From assembly GCA_964534375.1 (NCBI GenBank), contig CAZHPN010000024.1:1-46271 (forward strand): a DNA stretch of 46,271 nucleotides. The letters run 5' to 3'. How positions within the stretch are numbered: the stretch's first letter is position 1; every line of letters starts with the position of its first letter. Shown one piece after another: positions 9,236-18,540 of this stretch. The position numbers were made by a program, and so were the translations under genes. Source of the DNA: an uncultured bacterium. GTDB lineage: Bacteria > Lernaellota > Lernaellaia > Lernaellales > Lernaellaceae. A model generated the notes under the pieces. That model made no database searches and was not told the origin of the DNA. It saw only the letters and a list, made by a program, of their open reading frames with translations.

Positions 9236-9910
9236 TTACGCCGGCAAAATCACGCGCGACACGCCTTCCGCCCAGCGCTCCATTTCGGTCTTGTTCATGA
9301 AGTCGCCTTCGCCGGCGTTGACCGTTGTTCTTGCCACGAGCCTCGTCAGCGGGTTCAGCCGGCCGTAGACGATGCGGCCGGCAAAGTAGCCCTCGGCCTT
9401 CGGCCGGATGAGCAACCGCACGCCGTCGAAGTAGGATTCGACGGTCCGGCGATTCTCCGGAGTGTCCTTTGCCAGCGTCATGCAAACGAGAAAAATCGCG
9501 GTCGGTTTCCGGCTGAGCTCCGCGGCGTTCCGCTTGACGAAATCCAGGTAATCCGTCGTCGGCCGGGCGGCGCGGACGGCGGCGCCGAGCACGAACGCGT
9601 CGTATGCGGATATATCCGTGTCCTCATCGACCGGTTTGACGTCGACGAGCACGCCTTTTTCGGCGAGCTTCTGGCCGATGACCAGGGCCGCGTCGGCGGT
9701 CGATCCCTGTTTCGACGCGAAAGCGACGAGCACGCGATTGCCGTGGTTCTTGCCATTGGTTTTGCCGTTCGTTTTGCCGTTGGCGCCGCCGAATTTTGCC
9801 GCCGGCATCTTGCCACGCGGCTTTTCTCCGCGCACCGCCCAACGGGCCACGGAGCCGAAAAGGACCACAGTCGCGATCAAGGCGCCCAGTCCGTAAAGAA
9901 TTGCTTGCAC
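9236..9910 (-). CDS. Membrane-anchored flavodoxin-domain protein (HemG/Flavodoxin_5-like)
   Basis: VLVAFASKQGSTADAA FMN-binding loop, YDAFVLGAAV, FAGRI, GDF; N-terminal hydrophobic helix; AGAGGAG RBS before GTG 9910. Confidence 0.8.
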   Translation of the reverse strand: MQAILYGLGALIATVVLFGSVARWAVRGEKPRGKMPAAKFGGANGKTNGKTNGKNHGNRVLVAFASKQGSTADAALVIGQKLAEKGVLVDVKPVDEDTDISAYDAFVLGAAVRAARPTTDYLDFVKRNAAELSRKPTAIFLVCMTLAKDTPENRRTVESYFDGVRLLIRPKAEGYFAGRIVYGRLNPLTRLVARTTVNAGEGDFMNKTEMERWAEGVSRVILPA

Positions 9911-10150
9911 CGTCGCATCTCCTCTGATTTCAGCATCTTTGCCTATTTCAAAAACAATAAAACCATAGCGCCCGCCACAAGCAAGGCACTCAGGTTTTTC
10001 GACGACGGTCGTTGTTCGGGTTAACGCGCAGTTTCGAGGCAAGCCGGCGATCCGCGAAAACAACAGCAAAAAAAACGCGCCGCATTGCCGCGCTTGCTCC
10101 GCCTTGCTGCGGCGCCTATGATCCGTCGTTGAATCGGCGAGAGGAACGAC

Positions 10151-11827
<1,677 letters not shown>

Positions 11828-11910
11828 CCATGCGGCCGGCGGCTGTCGGACCGATAGCGACTATCGATTTTCCGCATTGATCGATTTCTATGGACTCCCC
11901 TCCGAACAAC

Positions 11911-11973
11911 GGCGAATGGCGAATGACGAAGGCAGAATTGCCGACGCCGCTCGCCATTCGCCATTCGCCATTC
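11911..11973. repeat. Inverted pair of heptamer arrays (GGCGAAT / ATTCGCC), hairpin-forming
   Basis: GGCGAATGGCGAATGACGAA at 11911-11930 and TCGCCATTCGCCATTCGCCATTC at 11951-11973. Confidence 0.8.
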
Positions 11974-12063
11974 AACATTTCGGTTTGCGCGCCCCAAAAA
12001 CCTCAGGTTCGCAGCTATCGGTGGGAGCGGGGCGGGGGGCAACCGTTCGACTGTCGTAAGTAG

Positions 12064-12108
12064 GACTTATAGAACCTATACGACCTATACGACCTATCCG
12101 ACCTATCG
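12064..12108. repeat. Five degenerate 9-bp tandem units (consensus GACCTATAC)
   Basis: gacttatag aacctatac gacctatac gacctatcc gacctatcg. Confidence 0.8.
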
Positions 12109-12181
12109 GCCGTGGTGGCGCGCAGCCCCATGTTTCCCATAATTCCCAGAAACTAAAAAGCGCGTCCTCGCCAAGAAAGGG

Positions 12182-12207
12182 GCGGGGCCCGCCGAAGCGG
12201 GCCCCGC
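12182..12207 (-). terminator. GC-rich hairpin, probable terminator of the lipoprotein transcript
   Basis: GCGGGGCCCGC-cgaa-GCGGGCCCCGC perfect 11-bp stem, about 45 nt past the 12254 stop; weak U-tract. Confidence 0.6.
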
Positions 12208-12253
12208 ATGAGGGACAATCAGGCAGGAATGTGCTTACGCACGCAGACGAAAT

Positions 12254-13225
12254 TCAAAACACCTTCGCCGTCGCGACGACGGTGGCCGTGACGACGAGAT
12301 GGGTGAATGTCACATTTACCGGTTGTTCGCTGGCGACGACAAATTCGTACAACGGCTGGGCGCCGTCGATCAGCGCGTACACGGTCTGGCGAATCCGGTC
12401 GGCGGCGATCGGCGTCATCAGTTGCGCGCCGGTCGCGGTCTCTCCGGGCGCCAGCACGCCGTGCGCGATCAGGTCGGTCGCCGGCTGGAACGGCGGCTGG
12501 TTGGCCAGGTAAATGTCCACCTGCGCAAGGCCGACGCCGTTGTTGGTCGCCTCGCCGCCGATCGTTCCGCCCGCGACGTCTTCGACGACGTTGGCGTACC
12601 CGGGGACGCCGGCGGGCGCCACGGGCGTCGTTTGGATGTACACCGGCGCCGCGGCGATCTCGACGCCGGCCACGTCAACGCCGTTCGGCCCGCCGCCCTC
12701 GACCGCGAGACCCGGGATCAACGAATATTGGCCGTCCATTTGTGCGAAAATCGCCTTGAGATTGCCGTCGACCGCGGCCGCCGACTGATTCATCTGACCG
12801 GGGAAGATCGGCGTCGACGTCGCCGACGGCCCCAGCGTGACGGTTCCGATCAACCGCGGGGCGGACGCCGTCGGCCCCTGGGCGGCGGCGAAGACGCCAG
12901 CCACCGCCTGGCTCGCGTCTTGATTGCTGAATTGGGCGCGAATGAAAAACTGCACGCCGCCCAAGCCCTCCCGCCCGGCCTCGATCACCGGCGCCAGCGA
13001 CGCCAGTGACACCGGCGAACCAGCCAACGTGTCCCCGTTGGTCAGGAGGTTTTCATTGAGAACCACCACGGACTGCACGTCCGCCTTCGCCGTGAAGTCG
13101 CTCACCGTGTCGCTGACGGTGAACGATTGCCGAGCGTTCCCCGCGACCAATTGATTGAACGCGTTGCAACCCGACAGCGTCGCCGAGGCGGCAAATATGG
13201 CTAGAATGGCGGGCAAACGTTTCAC
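12254..13225 (-). CDS. Uncharacterised beta-rich lipoprotein, 323 aa (paralog B)
   Basis: GTG start with AGAGGA RBS; signal peptide with LSGC lipobox; aligns by eye end to end with 13549..14520. Confidence 0.82.
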   Translation of the reverse strand: MKRLPAILAIFAASATLSGCNAFNQLVAGNARQSFTVSDTVSDFTAKADVQSVVVLNENLLTNGDTLAGSPVSLASLAPVIEAGREGLGGVQFFIRAQFSNQDASQAVAGVFAAAQGPTASAPRLIGTVTLGPSATSTPIFPGQMNQSAAAVDGNLKAIFAQMDGQYSLIPGLAVEGGGPNGVDVAGVEIAAAPVYIQTTPVAPAGVPGYANVVEDVAGGTIGGEATNNGVGLAQVDIYLANQPPFQPATDLIAHGVLAPGETATGAQLMTPIAADRIRQTVYALIDGAQPLYEFVVASEQPVNVTFTHLVVTATVVATAKVF

Positions 13226-13487
13226 GAACAGTCCTCTTGATCCAGAATCCTTGCTTCCAATGCGATTCGCTCGCGAATTTATGTTCCGGCGCGCCGGAGT
13301 AATGGGCCCTTGATGCCGCTCCCAAATCGACGACTTAGCCTGCGGGCCAATCCGATTGGCCAGGGGCAACTTCTTGCCCGACTCGCCCTCAGGGGCTCAA
13401 ACTCACAACCAAAGGTTAAGAATGCCGGAATCACCGGGGCATCGGGCGAAACCCCAAGGCAAACGGAGCAAAACCCTATAGATAGGC

Positions 13488-13515
13488 GCGAAGCCCGTTG
13501 GGGGACGGGCTTCGC
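13488..13515 (-). terminator. Hairpin between the two lipoprotein genes (terminator or stabiliser)
   Basis: GCGAAGCCCGT-6 nt-ACGGGCTTCGC 11-bp stem about 33 nt after the 13549 stop; no U-tract. Confidence 0.5.
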
Positions 13516-13548
13516 CACGAACGGGGGGATGAGGGGGCTGCTGACTGG

Positions 13549-14520
13549 CTAGAAGATCTTTGCCTCCACCACAAGCGGCACCTGGATGGAGAGGTTGCTG
13601 AAAATCAAGCTCAGCGGGTCGTCGCTGACGATCACCATGGCGCCGGTGATCGATTGGCCGTCGATCAGCGTCTGGAAGGCGCTGCTGATCTGCGCGCCGC
13701 CGATGTCGGTCATGATTTGCTGGGCGTCGACCACTTCGCCGGGGCCGAGAACCACGTGCGCAACCTGACTGCCGAGGGGATCCGAGGGCGTCGCGTCGTT
13801 CATGATGTAGAGGTTCAATTCGGCGGACTGCGTGCCGGTATTCGTCACCGTGCCCACCAGTGTTCCATTCTGAACGTTGACGACGTCCTGCTGGTACTCG
13901 GACAGATTGCCGGGCGTGAATGTGCGGGTCTCGTAGTACACCGACTGCGTGGCGATTTGCACGGAATCCATTTCAACGCCGCAGTCGCCCGCGCCTTGCG
14001 CCTGGACCGACGGCGTGATGGCGTACTGGTCGTTGACCTGGCGCAGCACGCTCTGAATGTTCTGACTGACCGCCGTAGCGCTCTGGTCCATCTGCCCCGG
14101 GCTGTCGATGATAATGTCCTCGCCCGGCTGGAGCGTCAGCGAGGCCAGCAGCGCCGGCGTCGACCCGTCGACGTTCGGCGACGCCAAAAGACTCAGCACG
14201 GCCGGCTGGTCGCTTAGATTGTGGAAGTGGCCGAGGACAAAGAACTGCACATTGGCCAAACCTTCGGTGAAAATTTCCATCGATTCGGCGAGCGAGTAGA
14301 GATTGGCGACGCCCACCGGCGTCGGCTGGTCCCCGATCACCGTCATGGCAGGCGCGAAGTTGGCGGTTTGCACGACGGTCTGGTCGGTCGTGTCGGCGAT
14401 CGTGCGGGAGGCCGTGATGGTCTGACGCGTCAGGCCGTTGAGCATGTTCTCGATGGCGCTGCAGCCGGAGAGCACCAGGATCGCGCTTAGCGCGGCGATG
14501 ATCGTGATGGAGCGTTTCAT
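13549..14520 (-). CDS. Uncharacterised beta-rich lipoprotein, 323 aa (paralog A)
   Basis: ATG with GGGAGG RBS; MKRSITIIAALSAILVLSGC lipoprotein signal; strong GC3 codon bias. Confidence 0.85.
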   Translation of the reverse strand: MKRSITIIAALSAILVLSGCSAIENMLNGLTRQTITASRTIADTTDQTVVQTANFAPAMTVIGDQPTPVGVANLYSLAESMEIFTEGLANVQFFVLGHFHNLSDQPAVLSLLASPNVDGSTPALLASLTLQPGEDIIIDSPGQMDQSATAVSQNIQSVLRQVNDQYAITPSVQAQGAGDCGVEMDSVQIATQSVYYETRTFTPGNLSEYQQDVVNVQNGTLVGTVTNTGTQSAELNLYIMNDATPSDPLGSQVAHVVLGPGEVVDAQQIMTDIGGAQISSAFQTLIDGQSITGAMVIVSDDPLSLIFSNLSIQVPLVVEAKIF

Positions 14521-14632
14521 GGTCGTTTTCCTCCCTACTTCATCGCGGCGGCTTCTGCTTTTTTTCTGGTTCCCGCAGCCCTTCATCGCGATGCCCCTCG
14601 TTGAGATCCCCTGAACTACGCTCATCGAATAA

Positions 14633-14648
14633 TTCAAAGGACATGCCA
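14633..14648 (-). promoter_or_regulatory. Candidate sigma54 -24/-12 promoter for lipoprotein A
   Basis: Minus strand TGGCATGTCCTTTGAA vs consensus TGGCACG-N4-TTGC(A/T): correct spacing, A instead of C at -12. Confidence 0.5.
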
Positions 14649-14686
14649 ACGTACAACGGTCGGTTATTCGTGGGAAAAACGTTTTA

Positions 14687-14699
14687 AAACAATAAGTTA
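14687..14699 (+). promoter_or_regulatory. IHF-like site
   Basis: AAACAATAAGTTA, one mismatch to WATCAANNNNTTR, in an AT-rich patch about 40 bp upstream of the sigma54 candidate. Confidence 0.4.
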
Positions 14700-15072
14700 T
14701 GATCTTGACATTGGCGACGGTGAAAACGGGCTGGTTACGAAAAGTAACGGGCAATTTCTTTTTGACGTGCGCAACGGCTTGGTGGCCCCGAATACAACGC
14801 ATAGCCCGCTCCGGGCAACGATCTTCAGCAATTCATGGCGCCCACCGCGCCGCCAGGCTGGAACGGAGCTTTGCCTGGCGTCCGCCGGTCGGAAAACGCG
14901 TGAAACCGGCGGGAAATCGCGCTGGACTTTCAAATCTCGCTGTGGTAAATTCTTACAGTTTATGTATGTCCGGCGACGGATTTTGCGCCGGCAGAGGGGT
15001 CTTTAAGGCGGTTAATCGGGGGTTTACGGTTCGATTCCTCAATAATCGGGCGTTGGCCCATGGAGCGTGCAC

Positions 15073-15309
15073 ATGCTTATTTTGACCAGGAAGTCCGGCG
15101 AAATGATCGCCATCGGAGATGAGATCAAGATCTACATCCAAGAGATTCGCGGCAACCAGGTGAAGATTGGAATCAAGGCGCCAGCGGACGTGACGGTCCA
15201 TCGCGAGGAAGTCTACCTGCGAATCCAGGAAGAAAACCGCGTTGCGGCCAAAGGCACGCCCGAGCAGTTGCAAGCCGCCGTGGATTTGCTTCGCAATCGC
15301 AAAGCCTGA
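15073..15309 (+). CDS. csrA: Carbon storage regulator CsrA (long, FliW-associated type)
   Basis: [10 protein letters not shown]...[19 protein letters not shown]; Asn55 and a C-terminal helical extension. Confidence 0.96.
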   Translation: MLILTRKSGEMIAIGDEIKIYIQEIRGNQVKIGIKAPADVTVHREEVYLRIQEENRVAAKGTPEQLQAAVDLLRNRKA

Positions 15310-15336
15310 GATTTGCCAGAAGAAGGATGGAAGACA

Positions 15337-15825
15337 ATGACTGACGCGCAAGTTGTGGAAAATGTGGTTGCGGAGACGACCCGTTTCGGAAACGTCGAAA
15401 CCCCGGCGAACAAGGTGATTCACCTCCTCGGCGGGTTGCTCGGATTCCCCAAATCGCAACGCTTTGTGTTGCTGGACCAGCCGGAGTCGCCGTTCCGCTG
15501 GCTGCAATCGCTCGACGAGGGCGGCCTGGCGGTTCCGGTGACCGATCCGAAGGTCTTTTTCCCCGATTACCATATCAAGATCAAACGCGACGAATTGGCG
15601 GCCCTGCGCGTCACCAGCGCTGAAGAACTTTTGGTGATGGTGATCCTCAGCCTGCGTCCGGACCCCGCCGAGACGACCGCCAACCTAAAGGGCCCCATCA
15701 TTATTCACGCCTTGCGGCTGATCGGCCGCCAGGTCGTGCTGAAGGAAGCGCCCTATTCGACCCGCCATCTTCTGTTCCCGGAACTGCGGGCCGAACGGCT
15801 GCGCGACCAGTTGATAGAAAAGTAA
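15337..15825 (+). CDS. fliW: FliW (CsrA antagonist / flagellar assembly factor)
   Basis: TTRFG, GLLGF, PFRWLQSLD, DPKVFFPDY, TANLKGPIII, GRQVVL, YSTRH. Confidence 0.93.
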   Translation: MTDAQVVENVVAETTRFGNVETPANKVIHLLGGLLGFPKSQRFVLLDQPESPFRWLQSLDEGGLAVPVTDPKVFFPDYHIKIKRDELAALRVTSAEELLVMVILSLRPDPAETTANLKGPIIIHALRLIGRQVVLKEAPYSTRHLLFPELRAERLRDQLIEK

Positions 15826-15944
15826 TCCGGCGCTCGCCGGGCCGGCGCGTTCGCCGCCCTTTCGCCGATCGTTTCACTTCGGCGTCGCCGTTGCGATCGG
15901 CCGGCGGCTGCACTTCGCCGGGGCCGAATCGTCTGGGGACCGCC

Positions 15945-17042
15945 ATGAATTCACCCGAAAAGCCATCGACGGAACCGGCGCCGCTGCTGCCGCTTCCCGC
16001 CGCCGTCGCCGACACGCTCCTGGTCGTGGACGTGGAGCACACCGTCCGCTCGATCGCGAATTGGCCTGCCGGCGCGCCGGGTAAACCGGGCGATTTTATC
16101 GGCGGACCGGTGGCGAGTTTCCCCTGGGGCGGTTACGCGGCGGCGGACCGCCTGCCCGCGGCCTTGCGCGAAGCCGTCGCCGAGCGGCGGGCGACGTTCG
16201 TGCCGGAATCCGATTTCGCGGCGGCCAACGGCGAGCGTCGGCGATGGAAGGTCGATGTCGTGCCGTCGGCTGACGCCGCCGGCGAGCCGGTGGCGCTGAT
16301 CCGGATCGCCGACGCGACCGAGCGCGCCTTCTTGTGGACGGCGTTGGCGGCGACGGAACGTCTCGCGGGCGTCGGCCGGCTGGCGGGCGCCGCGGCCCAC
16401 GAATTCAACAACCTGCTCGGCGGCATCCTCGGTTACGCCGAGTTGGCGCAGACCACGGAAAAGTCCGATGACTACCGCCGGTTGGCCGCGGCGGCGTTCG
16501 AAACCGGCGACCGCGGCCGGCTGATCGCCGGCTGCCTGCAGGCGCTGGCGGCCCGTGTCCCCGGCAGCTCGGAAACAATCGCGTTGTCCGACGCGTTGCG
16601 CGATCCGCTGACGCTTGTCGAGCGGCGCTTTCGCAAGAAGAACATCGGACTCAGCGCAGACATCGACGCCCAGACGCTGATCGAAACGGACATCGCGAAA
16701 TTGCAGCAGGCGGTGACGGCCGCGTTGCTGTGCGAGATGGATCGCCTGCCGCCGGACAGGAACGTGACGGTGTGGGCCGGCCGGCAGGACGACGGCAGTC
16801 TGCTCGTGCGCATCGCGGACGACGGCGAAATCCTCATGCCGGCTGAAATCGCGTGGCTGCTGGAGCCTTTCGCGGCCGCGGAGTCGCTGGAGTGGGGCGG
16901 CGATCCGTGCCGGGCGCCGACCGCGGTAGCGGCGGCGGGGCTCTTGTTGCAGACGATGGGCGGCCGACTTGAACTCCGGCCCGGTCCCGAAGGCGGCGCC
17001 GTTTTCAATTTGATGTTGCCGCCGCAGACGATTGTCCTGTAA
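15945..17042 (+). CDS. PAS-HisKA protein with degenerate HATPase domain
   Basis: PAS-like N-terminus; intact H-box GRLAGAAAHEFNNLLGGILG; C-terminal fold remnants (IADDG, LEPF, MGGRLEL, GAVFNLMLP) but no N-box Asn and no GxGLGL. Confidence 0.75.
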   Translation: MNSPEKPSTEPAPLLPLPAAVADTLLVVDVEHTVRSIANWPAGAPGKPGDFIGGPVASFPWGGYAAADRLPAALREAVAERRATFVPESDFAAANGERRRWKVDVVPSADAAGEPVALIRIADATERAFLWTALAATERLAGVGRLAGAAAHEFNNLLGGILGYAELAQTTEKSDDYRRLAAAAFETGDRGRLIAGCLQALAARVPGSSETIALSDALRDPLTLVERRFRKKNIGLSADIDAQTLIETDIAKLQQAVTAALLCEMDRLPPDRNVTVWAGRQDDGSLLVRIADDGEILMPAEIAWLLEPFAAAESLEWGGDPCRAPTAVAAAGLLLQTMGGRLELRPGPEGGAVFNLMLPPQTIVL

Positions 17043-17102
17043 CCGGTCGCGCGCGGGAACTGTTTCATCACAAAAATGAAGGCGACGCGTGCGGACCCGG
17101 AA

Positions 17103-17444
17103 TCAGGCTGGTTTTTCGTCAGCGGGCGGCGATTCGTCGGCTTTGTCGGCGGCCTCGATTTCGTCCTTGATCTGCGTCAGGTAGGCCTTTGGCGCGGCGA
17201 GCATGACGGCGATCGTGGTCGGCACGGTCAGGAGCATCGCGCCGATCCAGAGCACCGTCGCGATCGGTCCTTTGTCCCGGAACCAGAACGCGCAAGCGGC
17301 CGTGACGCCGACGATGCCCGGGTTGACGACAAAGGCGGCCGCAAGCAGCGGATGATGTCGAATAAAGCGGATTTTCAGCAGGAACGCCAGTAACAACAGC
17401 GAACCTACCAGGATGCCGACGCCGATCCAGTCCTGTTGCGCCAT
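17103..17444 (-). CDS. Small hypothetical membrane protein (about 3 TM helices)
   Basis: Three hydrophobic segments and an acidic C-terminal tail; GGAGG RBS. Confidence 0.7.
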   Translation of the reverse strand: MAQQDWIGVGILVGSLLLLAFLLKIRFIRHHPLLAAAFVVNPGIVGVTAACAFWFRDKGPIATVLWIGAMLLTVPTTIAVMLAAPKAYLTQIKDEIEAADKADESPPADEKPA

Positions 17445-17571
17445 TCGCCCTCCGGAGCAAAAACCCGGGCAACGCTACACTTCGGATCGCGCCAAGTCAA
17501 AGGCGCCGCGGCCGCAAGAAAAAGCCGCCGGCCCCGGGGCGGGGCGGGCGGCCGCGGTTTATCGGACGAAG

Positions 17572-18291
17572 TTATTGCGCGTTCGGGAAGGCGGCGATCA
17601 CAAGGGCCTTGTGCACCAATTTGGTGGAAATGCCGATGCCTTCGACGCGCGAATCCAGGATGCCCATGATGTCTTTGGCCACGTGCACTTTCACCACGTT
17701 CGGCCCGCCGGAGATTTCCAATTCCGGCGCCATCACTTTCTGGCCGTTGAACATCGTTTCTTTCTCCCCGTTGTACTTGTACGTGCGCTCGATGCGATCG
17801 AGGTCCACGACGTCATACAGGCGCAGTTTTTTCGACGCGCCCACCGGCTGAGCGACGGCGGCCGAATAAATGCCCATGACATCGTAGGCGAAGAAGTCGA
17901 AATGTCCCCGCTCGATCGTGTGTTTTTTGCCCTCGCGGTCGAACTCCCAGAAATTGCCGGCGGGCTTGCCGATCGTCTTCATGCCGTTCTTGGTCACGGA
18001 GCAATGGACCAGCGGATTGCCCGCATCCCCCACCCATTCGACGACTTGCATCTTATTGCTCAAACTGTCGAAGGTCGTCCGGACGGCCTTGATCGCGGGC
18101 TTCCCGTCGACCGTGGTCCCCTCGTAGGTCTCGTGCATATAGCCAATGTTCTTGTCGCCCTTGGCGATGATCAGATACCAGAGGTCCTTGCCCTTTTGGA
18201 GTTCCTGGTACGGTCCGGCGAACGCGAGCGCGGCGACGGAAATCGCCGCCAACGCCGCCAGAGCCAGGGCCAGCGTCAACTTGAACTTCAT
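17572..18291 (-). CDS. Secreted hypothetical protein
   Basis: Sec signal MKFKLTLALALAALAAISVAALAFA; AAGGAG RBS; strong codon bias. Confidence 0.78.
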   Translation of the reverse strand: MKFKLTLALALAALAAISVAALAFAGPYQELQKGKDLWYLIIAKGDKNIGYMHETYEGTTVDGKPAIKAVRTTFDSLSNKMQVVEWVGDAGNPLVHCSVTKNGMKTIGKPAGNFWEFDREGKKHTIERGHFDFFAYDVMGIYSAAVAQPVGASKKLRLYDVVDLDRIERTYKYNGEKETMFNGQKVMAPELEISGGPNVVKVHVAKDIMGILDSRVEGIGISTKLVHKALVIAAFPNAQ

Positions 18292-18540
18292 ACTGCGACT
18301 CCTTTTTCTCGTTGCGTCGATGCGGCGCCCTCGCCAAACCCGGCGCTCGGCAGGCCGCGAATTCTACTTGAAATAATAAGTCTAACTTTTTCCCGTGCGC
18401 AACTCCAGCCGCCCCGCGTCAAAATTCGGATCCCGGCGCCCGCCGTTCGCGGATTAGCCCGACAAAGGGCGTGACAGCGCGCCGAAGCCGACGCTACAAT
18501 CCAACGGGCGGGAGCCGCCCAACCAATCGGGAGTCAAGCC

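Noticed and set aside
7300..9240. Mobile element carrying the R-M system
   Set aside because: No integrase, transposase, terminal inverted repeats or flanking target duplication seen.
11911..12108. Repeats after ettA as a CRISPR array
   Set aside because: Units are 7-9 bp with no unique spacers, and there are no cas genes.
14705..14735. TTGACA at 14705 as a sigma70 promoter for csrA
   Set aside because: No -10 hexamer at 16-18 nt spacing.
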